A stretch of DNA of 63,949 bases, filler included, from an uncultured bacterium (lineage in GTDB: Bacteria; CAYSBA01): the NCBI GenBank assembly GCA_964429075.1. It is 13 parts of 13 records of this genome, joined end to end, with 100 filler letters (N's around TTAATTAATTAA, not from the genome) between each part and the next. Parts side by side here need not be neighbours in the genome. Positions count along the whole stretch, not along the records: positions 10,048 to 14,956 come from CAYSBA010000128.1; positions 15,057 to 19,932 come from CAYSBA010000129.1; positions 20,033 to 24,903 come from CAYSBA010000130.1; 10 more parts are not named here. The stretch is one strand, 5' to 3'. Shown piece by piece: positions 10,346 to 21,016 of the stretch. Both the position numbers and the translations under genes were made by a program. The notes under the pieces are model-generated. The model did not search any database. It saw only the letters and a program-made list of their open reading frames with translations, and was not told the DNA's origin. Each line of letters opens with the position of its first letter. Position 1 is the stretch's first letter.

Positions 10346-11412
10346 TAAGCAAACTCCTTCAATCTATCAAAGAAATCAAGTGCATCCCGCGGACCTGGAG
10401 ATGCCTCAGGATGAAATTGAACACTCAAAAGTTTAAGATTCTCAGATTCAAATCCCTCCAGAGTTCCATCGTTAAGACTAAAATATCGAGGAAAAATGTC
10501 TTTTGTTATACCTTCAGGACGAACAGCAAAACCATGGTTCTGAGATGTTACAAGAACCCTGCCACTTTTTTCATCTTTTACCGGATGATTTGCACCTCTA
10601 TGACCGAACGTCAGCTTAAAGGTGGAAAGACCGAGTGCAAGACCAAGGATCTGATGACCAAGACAAATAGCACCTATTGGCACCCTGCCTATTAACTCAG
10701 TCACATTTTTAATAGCATAATCAAGTACTCCTGGATCTCCAGGACCGTTAGAAAGAAATACAATATCAGGATTTACACCAAGAATCTCTTCATATGGACA
10801 GTCAGGAGGAAATAGCATTACCTTCATCCCTCTGCTTAAAAGATTTTTGATTATACTTTTTTTTATTCCATAATCATACACTGCAACCAATATATCACCA
10901 TCACCTAATATACCAACCTCCTTTCTTGCAACAAACTTTACCATGTCTTTGCCTTCCATAGAACCAAACTCCTTTGCCTTAGCAATTGCTTCTTCTATGT
11001 TTCTGCCATCAGTCACCACAGCACCAGCAATAGCACCCCTATTTCTTATGCGTCTGGTTAATTTCCTTGTATCTATACCCTCAATACCAACGACACCATT
11101 TTTAAAAAGATACTCATCAAGGGTCATTGTCCCTCTTATCCCTGAATAGGTCCTGCTGAGTTCTTTCATAACAACAGCCCTTACACTTATCATCCTGCTT
11201 TCATAATCATCTTCATTAGTACCGTAGTTACCAATCATTGGATAGGTAAATACCAGAATCTGACCATAGTATGATGGATCGGTCATCATCTCCTGATAAC
11301 CTGTCATAGCCGTACAAAATACCACCTCTCCTGTTGCCATTCCACGGTACCCTACAGCCTGACCTCTGTACAGCTCACCATCTGCCAAAACTAAATAGGC
11401 TTCCATTTCCAA
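10345..11412 (-). CDS. carA: Carbamoyl-phosphate synthase small subunit
   Basis: GEVVFCTAMTGYQE, LSNGPGDP, ICLGHQ, TSQNHGF, QFHPEASPGP. Confidence 0.97.
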   Translation of the reverse strand: MEMEAYLVLADGELYRGQAVGYRGMATGEVVFCTAMTGYQEMMTDPSYYGQILVFTYPMIGNYGTNEDDYESRMISVRAVVMKELSRTYSGIRGTMTLDEYLFKNGVVGIEGIDTRKLTRRIRNRGAIAGAVVTDGRNIEEAIAKAKEFGSMEGKDMVKFVARKEVGILGDGDILVAVYDYGIKKSIIKNLLSRGMKVMLFPPDCPYEEILGVNPDIVFLSNGPGDPGVLDYAIKNVTELIGRVPIGAICLGHQILGLALGLSTFKLTFGHRGANHPVKDEKSGRVLVTSQNHGFAVRPEGITKDIFPRYFSLNDGTLEGFESENLKLLSVQFHPEASPGPRDALDFFDRLKEFA

Positions 11413-12721
11413 TCCCTGTTGTTGTTAGTATTCCTCTGTTTATAACGAGAACAGGCCATCCTTTCAACTTAAGTCCTAAAAAGGCGTTGTTCGAGGATTT
11501 AGATATCAAAATATCCTCATTTACCTCAATTTCTATTGATGGATCTATCACAACAATACCTCCAGTATAGCCGTGTCTTATACAATCCGGGATGGATTTT
11601 TTCAGTATCCTTGCAGGACCTTCTGTCATAAGCCTTACTACCTTAATAAAATCTATACCTCTTTTATTACACTCTGTGTAAAGGGCAGCCACTGCAGTAT
11701 CAAGGCCGGTGACACCAGATGGTGCATCTCCAAGTGCACGAGATTTGAATCTCTTAGAGTGTGGGGCGTGATCTGTGGCTATTGCATCTATCTCATCCTC
11801 TTCTATCAATCTCCAGAGTCCATCTGTATCATTTACTGTTCTCAGAGGTGGATTCATCTTTGCATTTGTACCGATCTCTTTTAACCTATCCATAGTAAGA
11901 CAGAGATGATGTGGTGTTACATCAAAGGATAGCAAAGGATTTGCTCTCTTTTTTTCAACTATCAACTCTGCACCATCTTTTGTACTTATATGGGTAAAAT
12001 GTATCCTTGCTTTTAATCCACTACTTGCATCAATATCCTTCTCTATTGCTGACAGCTCTGCATCCTCAGGAGAGCCACCTTCAAGATTAAGATCATTCGC
12101 AATTCTGCTATCTACACCATATTGAATTACAAACTCTGGATCTTCAGCATGTGAAAAATATATCGAATCTATTCTCTTTATCTCTTTCAGTATATCTACC
12201 TTCAATTCCTGATTACTTAAAAAACTCCCATCATCTGTAAAAAAAGGAACACCTACCCTGGAGAGTGCTCTAAAATCAACCATCTTTTCCCCTTTTCTAC
12301 CGATTGTCAATGATGCTGACTGTTTAAATTTAATAGGAAATTCAATTGATTTTGCGATTTCAAGATTCCTCCTACACAACTCTATATTATCCACACAGGG
12401 AGTGGTATTTGGCATTGCCACAATCTCTTCAAAACCACAGAGCATTGCTGCAAAAAGGCCACTTCTTATAGTCTCTGCCTCTTCATAGCCTGGCTCTCTA
12501 AAATGTACATGAAGGTCGATTAATGCAGGAAAGCCTATCAGTCCATCGGCATTGATAACAATATCTGCAGCTTTATTTGATATATTTCCCATTTCAGCTA
12601 AAACATCCCTTTCAAAAAAGATGTCTGTCTTGATCTTCATTTCGCTGTAGGGATCGATAAAATAGACCCCTTTTATAAGTAATGTATTGAAAGTTATGCT
12701 CTTTATTTTTCTTCTTTTCAT
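11375..12721 (-). CDS. pyrC: Dihydroorotase (type I)
   Basis: DLHVHFREPG, MPNT, DVTPHHL, KMNPPLR, ATDHAPH; upstream of carA. Confidence 0.93.
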   Translation of the reverse strand: MKRRKIKSITFNTLLIKGVYFIDPYSEMKIKTDIFFERDVLAEMGNISNKAADIVINADGLIGFPALIDLHVHFREPGYEEAETIRSGLFAAMLCGFEEIVAMPNTTPCVDNIELCRRNLEIAKSIEFPIKFKQSASLTIGRKGEKMVDFRALSRVGVPFFTDDGSFLSNQELKVDILKEIKRIDSIYFSHAEDPEFVIQYGVDSRIANDLNLEGGSPEDAELSAIEKDIDASSGLKARIHFTHISTKDGAELIVEKKRANPLLSFDVTPHHLCLTMDRLKEIGTNAKMNPPLRTVNDTDGLWRLIEEDEIDAIATDHAPHSKRFKSRALGDAPSGVTGLDTAVAALYTECNKRGIDFIKVVRLMTEGPARILKKSIPDCIRHGYTGGIVVIDPSIEIEVNEDILISKSSNNAFLGLKLKGWPVLVINRGILTTTGIGNGSLFSFGRW

Positions 12722-12760
12722 TGTGTGCCATTTTAATATAAATATGGTATAAAAAGCAAG
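12722..12760. promoter_or_regulatory. Overlapping divergent sigma70 promoters for pyrC and yitJ
   Basis: Plus strand: GTGCCA-17-(TGn)TATAAA, 7 nt before ATG 12761. Minus strand: TTGCTT-18-TAAAAT, 8 nt before ATG 12721. Confidence 0.5.
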
Positions 12761-14608
12761 ATGCTCGATATTAAAGAAAAACGAATCATTGCAGATTCTG
12801 CAATGGGAACGATGCTGGAAAAGCTCGGTGCAATACCAAATGTCCCATTTTCATTGCTAAACCAAAGTGACCCAGAAAAGGTAAAAGAGGTGCACAGAGA
12901 AAATCTCAAGGCAGGTGCAACACTTCTTGTAACAAACTCCTTTGATGCAAACAGACTGAAGTTATCAGGTTTTGGTGCTGAAAAGGAGGGATTTGTAAAA
13001 GAGCTTGCACAAAAATCCGTTGAAATTGCAAAAGAGGCATCAAAAGAATTTAAAGACATACTCATAGCCGGATCTGTTGGTGGTCTTGGCAGATACCATC
13101 AACTCCATTCAGAACTTAGCTTAAGAGAGTATACCCAGATCTTTAAAGAGCAGTTTGATGGTCTTTCAAAAGGGGGTGTCGACCTTTTTCTGATCGAGAC
13201 ACAGGTGGACCTTATTGAAGCCGCCATGCTTATTGAGATTGCAAGGTCATGCAACAGAGACATACCTATAATACTCTCTTTCACCTATATGGAAGATATG
13301 AAAACACCGGGCGGTGAGACTGTTGAGGAGATAGTAGACTTCTGTGAACGAATGGATGTTTTTGGGATTGGTGTAAATCATGGTGTAGGGCCTCTTCAGG
13401 CATTAGAGATAACAAGACGCTATCTATACCTTACAGATCTTCCTGTTTGCTGTATGCCAAACTCCGGCACACCTCGATACGAGAATGGACGTTTTGTTTA
13501 TCCAAGATCACCATCTCACTATGCCAAGATCGGTATTGAGTGTTTCGAGGCCGGATGTTCAATCTATGGTGGATGTTGTGGTACTGAGCCAGAAGATGTA
13601 AATGAGCTCAAAAAACAATTAGAATCAAGAAAAAAAGGATCTTTAAGGCAAAAGATATATTTTACAGATAAAGAAGATAAACTTTCTCATATCTTACCAG
13701 AAGTAACAACAGAGACAAAAGAACTAACTTTCATACCTTTAAAAGAAAATCTCAAGAAAAACAGATGTATCATCCTTGAAGCCCATCCACCTAAGTCTGT
13801 AGATGTAACATCTGCAATTAAAAAATTGTCATCCTTCAATGGTCCATATATCGATTGTTACAGTGTAGTTGATTCACCACTTGCAAAGATCAGAATGTCA
13901 CCAATCAGTTTTGCATATCTTTTAAAAAATACTACCAAAAAGGACGTCATAGTACATTTTACACTCAGGGATCGTAGCATAACAAGAATTCAATCTGACC
14001 TTCTCGGTGCGCATGCCCTTGGCCTTTACAATATACTTGCACTTTCAGGCGATCCACCCTCAATTGGCGATTATCCACAGGCAACAGCAGTATACGATCT
14101 AAATCCTACACAATTAATAAGTCTCATGAATGCCCTCAATAGGGGTGTCGATTTGGCTGGAAATCAAATGAAGGGCAATACTTCCTTCTTTTGTGGATCT
14201 GCCGTAAATCCTGCCTCAGAAACTGAAAAGGAATTAAAAAAGATCAAAGAAAGGATAGATGCTGGTGTAAACTTTTTTATATCACAGCCTGTATATGATG
14301 CCAATCTATGGTTGAGGTTTTATGAAAAGGTAAGTAGATATGACATACCCTTTGTTGTAGGGATTATGCCACCACGTTCTTTAAGACAGACCCTCTACCT
14401 CGCTCATGAGGTACCTGGCTTTTATGTACCAGAAGAGTTCATAAAGTTAATCGAAAAAAGTGATGACCCCATAAAAACATCGATTGAATACCATATTGAA
14501 CTCATTGATAAGATTAAATACTCTGTATCAGGTATATATCTTGTACCTCCAATATACGATTTTGAGGTTGTTAGAAGTTTGATAGATATCTTTAGAAACA
14601 AAAAGTGA
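12761..14608 (+). CDS. yitJ: Bifunctional homocysteine S-methyltransferase / methylenetetrahydrofolate reductase
   Basis: DSAMGTML, PNSGTP, GGCCGTEP (Zn-binding CC), followed by an MTHFR domain (DSPLAKIRMS, LALSGDPP, FISQPVYD). Confidence 0.9.
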   Translation: MLDIKEKRIIADSAMGTMLEKLGAIPNVPFSLLNQSDPEKVKEVHRENLKAGATLLVTNSFDANRLKLSGFGAEKEGFVKELAQKSVEIAKEASKEFKDILIAGSVGGLGRYHQLHSELSLREYTQIFKEQFDGLSKGGVDLFLIETQVDLIEAAMLIEIARSCNRDIPIILSFTYMEDMKTPGGETVEEIVDFCERMDVFGIGVNHGVGPLQALEITRRYLYLTDLPVCCMPNSGTPRYENGRFVYPRSPSHYAKIGIECFEAGCSIYGGCCGTEPEDVNELKKQLESRKKGSLRQKIYFTDKEDKLSHILPEVTTETKELTFIPLKENLKKNRCIILEAHPPKSVDVTSAIKKLSSFNGPYIDCYSVVDSPLAKIRMSPISFAYLLKNTTKKDVIVHFTLRDRSITRIQSDLLGAHALGLYNILALSGDPPSIGDYPQATAVYDLNPTQLISLMNALNRGVDLAGNQMKGNTSFFCGSAVNPASETEKELKKIKERIDAGVNFFISQPVYDANLWLRFYEKVSRYDIPFVVGIMPPRSLRQTLYLAHEVPGFYVPEEFIKLIEKSDDPIKTSIEYHIELIDKIKYSVSGIYLVPPIYDFEVVRSLIDIFRNKK

Positions 14609-14956
14609 ATAACCTTCCATCAAAAATATACATCATTGGAATATGTGGTACAGCTACTGGAAATCTTGCAGTCTGTCTACAAAAATTGGGGGTAAAGGTT
14701 GCTGGATCTGATCAAAATTTTTATCCCCCTATATCAGATCTACTAAAAAAAGCAGATATTGAAACAGATAGAGATTTTAGACCAGAGGATCTTCTTAGTT
14801 TTGATCCCGATCTTGTTATAATCGGCAATGTAATAAGGCGTGACAATCCACAGGCTCAGATTGCATTAAAAAGATATAGATACACATCACTTCCTGCCTT
14901 TGTTTATGAATACCTTGCTAAGGATAAAATAAGGATTGTTGTCACAGGAACTCACG
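14605..14956 (+). CDS. mpl: Murein peptide ligase Mpl (MurC family), 3'-truncated
   Basis: IYIIGICGTATGNLA, GSDQNFYPP, VIIGNVIRRDNP, VVTGTH. Confidence 0.85.
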
Positions 14957-15116
14957 NNNNNNNNNNNNNNNNNNNNNNNNNNNNNNNNNNNNNNNNNNNN
15001 TTAATTAATTAANNNNNNNNNNNNNNNNNNNNNNNNNNNNNNNNNNNNNNNNNNNNGATCTGGAAATAACAGTTAAGATATGATATCACATTTTGTAGCT
15101 CTTAACAAAACAGAAG

Positions 15117-16133
15117 ATGATAAGTCCAATAAAAACGTTAAATAAAGAGGTCTATCTCTTAGATCAGAGGCAACTACCACAACAGGAGATTTGGTTAAAG
15201 ATAGATGATGCTGACTCTATGGCAAGGGCTATAAAAGACATGGTAGTAAGAGGAGCACCGGCCATAGGCATCTCTGCTGCATTTGGTATTGCACTTGAGG
15301 CAGAAAGAAATAGATCTATGGATATCATAGATCTTAAGGAGCATCTTTTAGATGCCATAACGACCCTGAGAAGTACAAGACCTACAGCATACAATCTGTT
15401 TAAAGTTTTAGCTGATATTGAAGGACTTATCAAAAGTTCAAAAGAGAGTATCAGTCTGTTGAAAGACCTGTGGAACTACGCAGAGAACCTGAAAGATTTT
15501 GATATCAAAAGATGTATAAAGATGTCAGAGAATGGGCTTGAAATTATTAAAGGCTACAGAAATTTCCTTATCCACTGCAATGCCGGTGCACTTGCCACAG
15601 GTGGTTATGGTACAGCCCTTGGTCTTATTCGCAGACGTTTCGAGTATGATCCAGATATATTTGTCTTTGTAGATGAAACAAGACCATATCTGCAGGGTTC
15701 AAGGCTAAGTGCTTGGGAACTCTCAAAAGAAAACATCCCATACGCAATCATAACAGATTCTGCGGCTGCTTTTTTTATGTCACAAAAGAGGATAGATTGT
15801 GTGATCGTTGGTGCTGACAGGATCACAAAAGACGGAGATGTTGCCAACAAGATAGGGACCTATGGTCTGGCAATACTTGCAGATTACCATAAAATCCCTT
15901 TCATAGTAGCAGCACCTGTCGAAACAATTGATCCATCAATAAGATCTGGTAATGATATTACGATTGAACATCGAGATAAATCGGAGATAACACATTTTAA
16001 AGGTATCCCGGTATCACCTGATGATGCAGAGGCAATAAATCCAGCCTTTGATATAACTCCATCAAGATTTGTAACATACATCGTTACTGAAAAGGGTGTA
16101 TTTAGTTATCCTTATGATTTTTTCAAGGAATGA
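15117..16133 (+). CDS. mtnA: Methylthioribose-1-phosphate isomerase
   Basis: MVVRGAPAIG, RPTAYNL, HCNAGALATGGYGTALG, ETRPYLQGSRL, GADRI, NKIGT, NPAFDITP. Confidence 0.96.
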   Translation: MISPIKTLNKEVYLLDQRQLPQQEIWLKIDDADSMARAIKDMVVRGAPAIGISAAFGIALEAERNRSMDIIDLKEHLLDAITTLRSTRPTAYNLFKVLADIEGLIKSSKESISLLKDLWNYAENLKDFDIKRCIKMSENGLEIIKGYRNFLIHCNAGALATGGYGTALGLIRRRFEYDPDIFVFVDETRPYLQGSRLSAWELSKENIPYAIITDSAAAFFMSQKRIDCVIVGADRITKDGDVANKIGTYGLAILADYHKIPFIVAAPVETIDPSIRSGNDITIEHRDKSEITHFKGIPVSPDDAEAINPAFDITPSRFVTYIVTEKGVFSYPYDFFKE

Positions 16134-16148
16134 GATTCAATAAATTGG

Positions 16149-17447
16149 ATGAAACTAAAAGATATAGCAATAAATCTTTTTGAAACAGGAATAAAATCTG
16201 TACTTCCAGAAAATTTTATACCTGATGTCCTTCATGCACAAAGCCCAATTGCAGGGCCTGCCTTTATCCTTGCTGTTGGGAAGGCATCTGTAAGTATGGC
16301 GGAGGAGACCTTTTTTTTCCTTAAAAACAGAGGAATAGATATTGTAAAAACACTCGCAATAGCACCTCATGGTTATAAAGGTTCCAGAATAAAAGAGATA
16401 GAGGTCATATTTTCGGCACACCCTGTACCAGATAAAAGCGGACTTGTTGCCTCAAAAAGAACAAAAGAGCTTTTGACTAATACCTCATACAAAACACTTA
16501 TCTTTTGCCTCTCTGGCGGGGCATCGAGTCTTTTACCCTCCCCTGTTGAGGGAATAACCATGAAAAACAAGATTATGCTTACTCACAGGTTATTAAAATC
16601 GGGCGCAGATATAACTGAGATCAACAAAGTGAGAATCTTTTTTTCTGATCTAAAGGGTGGTGGACTTCTGAGATATGTAAATGCAAATAGAGTATTAGGT
16701 ATAATCCTATCCGATGTCATGAATGATCCAGTTGGTTTAATCGGCTCTGGACCAACAGTTCCTGCGCCAAGAGACCCTGATGAGGTAGAAGATATTCTTA
16801 AAAAATACAATCTTTATAACGCCTTTGAAGAAAACTTTAAGAAAGTAAAAAGAATTATTTTAGCAAGGAAAGAAGAAGAGAGGATAAAAAAAGATACACT
16901 TAATCTTAACAATATAGTTGCTGCAAACAACAAAAAGGCACTTTCTGCAATGAAAAAACAGGCAGATAAACTTGGTTTTGAGACAAAGATATTATCCGAT
17001 TCTGCAGGTGGTATGATCGAAAATTCCATAAACTGGCACATTTCAGAAATTAATCGCATATTAGATAGGACCTCATCAAATAGGATATGTCTTTTAAGTG
17101 GTGGTGAAACTACTGTGGTTGTAAAAGGTAGTGGCATAGGGGGCAGGAACACAGAATTTGCACTAAGATTTGCAATCTCTTTTAAGAGTAGAAAAAACTG
17201 GCAATATCTTCTATTATCTTCTGGTAGTGATGGTATCGATGCCAATACCGATGCAGCAGGCGCCTTTGTTACAGAAAATACAATAACTGTCGCATTAAAA
17301 AAGGGTCTCGATCCCTTATATTATTTAAACAACAATGATTCGTATAGCTTTTTTGAAAAGATGGATGCCCTGTTCAAACCAGGACCTACAGGAACCAATG
17401 TTATGGATCTTAGAGTATTTCTGTTTATAAGAAAATCTAACCGCTAA
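16149..17447 (+). CDS. Glycerate 2-kinase (MOFRL family)
   Basis: GKAS, AHPVPD, LSGGASSL, GGETTV, GGRNTE, GSDGID, GPTGTNVMD. Confidence 0.92.
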   Translation: MKLKDIAINLFETGIKSVLPENFIPDVLHAQSPIAGPAFILAVGKASVSMAEETFFFLKNRGIDIVKTLAIAPHGYKGSRIKEIEVIFSAHPVPDKSGLVASKRTKELLTNTSYKTLIFCLSGGASSLLPSPVEGITMKNKIMLTHRLLKSGADITEINKVRIFFSDLKGGGLLRYVNANRVLGIILSDVMNDPVGLIGSGPTVPAPRDPDEVEDILKKYNLYNAFEENFKKVKRIILARKEEERIKKDTLNLNNIVAANNKKALSAMKKQADKLGFETKILSDSAGGMIENSINWHISEINRILDRTSSNRICLLSGGETTVVVKGSGIGGRNTEFALRFAISFKSRKNWQYLLLSSGSDGIDANTDAAGAFVTENTITVALKKGLDPLYYLNNNDSYSFFEKMDALFKPGPTGTNVMDLRVFLFIRKSNR

Positions 17448-18321
17448 CTATTTTGTCGTCTTCTACCCTGTGAGGGAGCATTTTTAGATAGATAGAGAGT
17501 ATTATGATTACAAACAGACAGAAACCACCAACCACTGCACCGACCATCTGCCTCTTTTTGTATATAGACCAAAACTTTTCTACATTCTGATCAATCTTTT
17601 CAAGTTTATCCATTGCCTTTTTATTTGCAGCCATTATCTTTTTGACATCCAGTACATGTGTCATCTGATGAAGGGAATTTCTTACTGAGAATACAGTATT
17701 TTTCATATCCTCAACATTTATTCCATGCTCCTCAAGGTCCTTCAATTCCTTATTGATGTTTTGAATCTTTAGGTCAGCAGTAATAAAGCTCTTTTTAATC
17801 TTCTGGGCCTGTTCATATTCATGACACTTTGAACAGCGTTTTGGATTTATCAGGTTGATACTCGCCTTCTTAACATTATGGCTATTGTGACAGGTAACAC
17901 AGGATGGGCCTTCTCCCTCCTGAAGTGCATAGTAATGTATGCTATTTTTATAATTTTTAACAACCCCTATGTGACACTTACCACAAAAGTCAGGGATATC
18001 CTGGGGCTTTTTTGGGGCTCCTACAAAACCTTTTTCTGGATCCATAGAATCTTCTGCCTCTGTGGCTTTAGGATTACCTCCATGACAACCATCACACATA
18101 TTGCCATTTTTTTTGTGAATGCTCTTTGACCACTCTTCAACCGGCTTTTTATACTCCCCTTCAAGCTGACTGTGACAGGATATACAGGAATATTGATTTT
18201 TTGCCTGCTCTTTAACCCTCTCTTCTATGTTGCCTTTTTCAGCAGCAAGTGCTGAGGATCCCAAAAATGTTATACCAAAAATTACAAGAGTAATTGTGCT
18301 TTTTAAAGTTAATCCCTGCAT
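17437..18321 (-). CDS. Membrane-anchored pentaheme c-type cytochrome
   Basis: Signal peptide, five CxxCH motifs (CISCH, CDGCH, CGKCH, CVTCH, CSKCH), coiled-coil, C-terminal TM; start 18321 chosen for upstream GGAG. Confidence 0.9.
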   Translation of the reverse strand: MQGLTLKSTITLVIFGITFLGSSALAAEKGNIEERVKEQAKNQYSCISCHSQLEGEYKKPVEEWSKSIHKKNGNMCDGCHGGNPKATEAEDSMDPEKGFVGAPKKPQDIPDFCGKCHIGVVKNYKNSIHYYALQEGEGPSCVTCHNSHNVKKASINLINPKRCSKCHEYEQAQKIKKSFITADLKIQNINKELKDLEEHGINVEDMKNTVFSVRNSLHQMTHVLDVKKIMAANKKAMDKLEKIDQNVEKFWSIYKKRQMVGAVVGGFCLFVIIILSIYLKMLPHRVEDDKIVSG

Positions 18322-18373
18322 CTTCTTTCTCCAGGTTATTTTTTTAAAAAAATGGCACATTTATCTTACCTCT

Positions 18374-18796
18374 TTAAGAGTATTTACCCCATATCGAGAG
18401 AATAATATATCCAAGGGCCACCAGGATAGCAACTACAGTAAGAATAGGTCTTTCTCTTAGTGGCTTACGTGGTCCCCTATCCAGAAATGGTAAAAATATC
18501 AGTATCAATACACCGATCATCTGTAGAAAAATACCCAGGGTTTCGTTAGGAATTAGCTTTAAGAACTGATAAACTCCAAGAAAATACCACTCAGGTTTTA
18601 TATGGGCCGGTGTGTTAAATGGATCTGCAGGTGGTTCTACTGGCATTGGTATATATACAGCTGCAACTACCAGTATGCCCAAGATTGCATAAAAGATTAT
18701 GAGTTTTCTTATAACATCATTCGGGAAAAAGGGCTCAAAGCCATATTTTTTCTTATACTCTTCTAACCTCTTGGGATCTTTTTTAAGCTGTCTCAT
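18374..18796 (-). CDS. petD: Cytochrome b6f subunit IV-like (C-terminal cytochrome b)
   Basis: PADPFNTPAHIKPEWYFL Qo-site motif, LPFLDR, three TMs. Confidence 0.88.
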   Translation of the reverse strand: MRQLKKDPKRLEEYKKKYGFEPFFPNDVIRKLIIFYAILGILVVAAVYIPMPVEPPADPFNTPAHIKPEWYFLGVYQFLKLIPNETLGIFLQMIGVLILIFLPFLDRGPRKPLRERPILTVVAILVALGYIILSIWGKYS

Positions 18797-18811
18797 CAGA
18801 ACCCTCCCTTA

Positions 18812-19480
18812 TTATATGGGGGTAGAAATACCTGTTCTTCTTATCATCAAAAAATGAAGTCCCATAAATATTGATAGTGTAAGAGGAAGGATAACAACAT
18901 GAATTGCATAGAATCTTGTAAGTGTTACACCTGTAATGGTATCCCCACCCCTTATCAGCTCCACGATAAAATCACCAACAAAAGGTATATTTCTCGGGAC
19001 TTCTGTGGCAACAGTGGCTGCCCAGTAACTGAGCTGGCTCCAGGGTAAAAGGTATCCTGTCAGACTCATGGTAAGCGTAAATAATAAAAGAAATACTCCA
19101 CTAACCCAGTGAAGCTCCCTTGGCTTTTTATAGGCCTGAATCTGAAATACCTTGGCCATATGAATAAACACTGTGATAATCATCAGAGTTGCTCCAACCG
19201 AATGCATATGTTGAATAAACCAGCCGTCTGGAATGTTGTTCCTGATGTACTGAACGCTTTTGTAGGCCTCTTTTACAGTAGGTCTATAGTATGTCATCAG
19301 CATCATACCGGTAAGTACCTGGAATATAAAAATGGAAAGTGAGATCCCACCGAAGCAGTTCAACCAGGTTAGATGACCTGGCGCTGGTTTTTCGAAGACC
19401 TCCTCGTCAAGGAACTCCTTAATATGATAACGTTCATCAAACCAGTCTAAGATCCTATCTTTTAAACTTCTGTTTTCCAT
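18812..19480 (-). CDS. petB: Cytochrome b6-like (N-terminal cytochrome b)
   Basis: CFGG, QVLTG...YYRP, heme His pairs, WVSGV, TGYLLPWSQLSYWA, LTRFYAIH...LHFLMIRRTGIS. Confidence 0.92.
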   Translation of the reverse strand: MENRSLKDRILDWFDERYHIKEFLDEEVFEKPAPGHLTWLNCFGGISLSIFIFQVLTGMMLMTYYRPTVKEAYKSVQYIRNNIPDGWFIQHMHSVGATLMIITVFIHMAKVFQIQAYKKPRELHWVSGVFLLLFTLTMSLTGYLLPWSQLSYWAATVATEVPRNIPFVGDFIVELIRGGDTITGVTLTRFYAIHVVILPLTLSIFMGLHFLMIRRTGISTPI

Positions 19481-19482
19481 AG

Positions 19483-19914
19483 TTATGCTCCTATTTCAAG
19501 CTCATCACCAAGATCAGTAACACTATATTTTTTGAGGGGCTCTTTTGGAGGCCCACCTATTGGGTTACCGTCAATATCAAATTTCCCAGCATGGCATGGA
19601 CAGAGAAATATCTTTTTGTTCTTCTGCCACTTTACAAGGCATCCAAGATGGGTACAGACTATAGACATTGCTATATATTTATCACCCTCTTTAAAAACAA
19701 CAACAGGTTTTCCTGCAACGATTATCTTTTTGAAACCCCCTGATGATAGCTCGCTCTTTTTGATCTTTACCTTTGAACCCTCTTTACTTGCACCAAGAAA
19801 GTGTAGATAGCGCACAAAGGGGAAGGCAAGGCCTGCAATTGTAGTAACGCCAAGAAACCCAATTACTCTCTCCATAAACTTTCGTCTTCCATCATTTACT
19901 CTTTCCATTGGCAT
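19483..19914 (-). CDS. petC: Rieske 2Fe-2S subunit
   Basis: Tat motif RRKF plus TM, CTHLGC and CPCH, GPPKEPL. Confidence 0.92.
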   Translation of the reverse strand: MPMERVNDGRRKFMERVIGFLGVTTIAGLAFPFVRYLHFLGASKEGSKVKIKKSELSSGGFKKIIVAGKPVVVFKEGDKYIAMSIVCTHLGCLVKWQKNKKIFLCPCHAGKFDIDGNPIGGPPKEPLKKYSVTDLGDELEIGA

Positions 19915-20032
19915 CCCTAATAAGTTTGTCGANNNNNNNNNNNNNNNNNNNNNNNNNNNNNNNNNNNNNNNNNNNNTTAATTAATTAANNNNNNNNNNNN
20001 NNNNNNNNNNNNNNNNNNNNNNNNNNNNNNNN

Positions 20033-20979
20033 CATTAATAGGTATAATCCTGATAGGGGGCATAATTGGCATACTGATATACATCCAGAAGGAGACTGTA
20101 TCTGGGCTAGAGTTTGATAAGGCACTTTTAAGTATAAAAAAGGAGTTTAACAACAAGCTCTCGTTTATAAATACTATTAATGACTTAGAACAATACAAAC
20201 TGGAGATGAATGCACTTTTGAACTGGTATTTTGGTGAGGTAAAAAAACTACAAGAAAATCCCAAGTACAAAAAGTATGCAGATATTGAGGCAGGCAAAAA
20301 ATGGATTATGAAGCAGTATAAGAAGGGTCACATTGTAAAGAGGGATCTACCCCTTTATCTGGAGCAATACGAACTGACAAGGGCGATGTATGATATGCTT
20401 CGCAGTGGAAAGTATAATCCATATACAAGTGCAGCATCAGGTTCAGCAAGATTGGATATCGTTAATATGAAACTTGCTAATATAGACAAGATGAAAAGGA
20501 TCAAGACAGATTTTATAATATGGGGCTACAAAAAAGACCACAGTTTTGGTTCCTTTATCATTAAGTTATTATCATCCGATCAAAAGATGATAACAAAGAG
20601 TGAAATTACGGCAGGTGCAAGGCCAAATACAATGGTAAAGAATCCTGAAAGATGGATAAAGAGTTTTCCGCCAAACACTGTTCTTGGCTATTACGATCTA
20701 CCACCTTTCCCGCCTGATATAAAGGGACATTCTATTGAATATTGCAGTATAACTATCGAACAGGAAGCAAGAAGCATTGGAGGTACACCCATAAAGATGA
20801 TTTTTAATCTACCGGTTATCCCTGTAACAAAACAGACAATCGGCACCACAGGAGAACAGTGGCTTAAAGAGGCTACAGCAGTTCCTGCAATCATTGCTGA
20901 AGAAAAGGAAGATGAGATAATCCCGATCAAGAAAGAGGAAGAAAAAGAAGAAAAAGATAAAGACACAAAGGGGCAATAG
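20033..20979 (+). CDS. Membrane-anchored hypothetical protein, 5'-truncated
   Basis: Frame open from 20035 (LIGIILIGGIIGILIYIQ TM) into the 257-aa ORF; acidic/basic C-terminal tail. Confidence 0.7.
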
Positions 20980-21016
20980 AATTATTTACACCTTTATTTA
21001 TTGCATCTTTTAGGAC

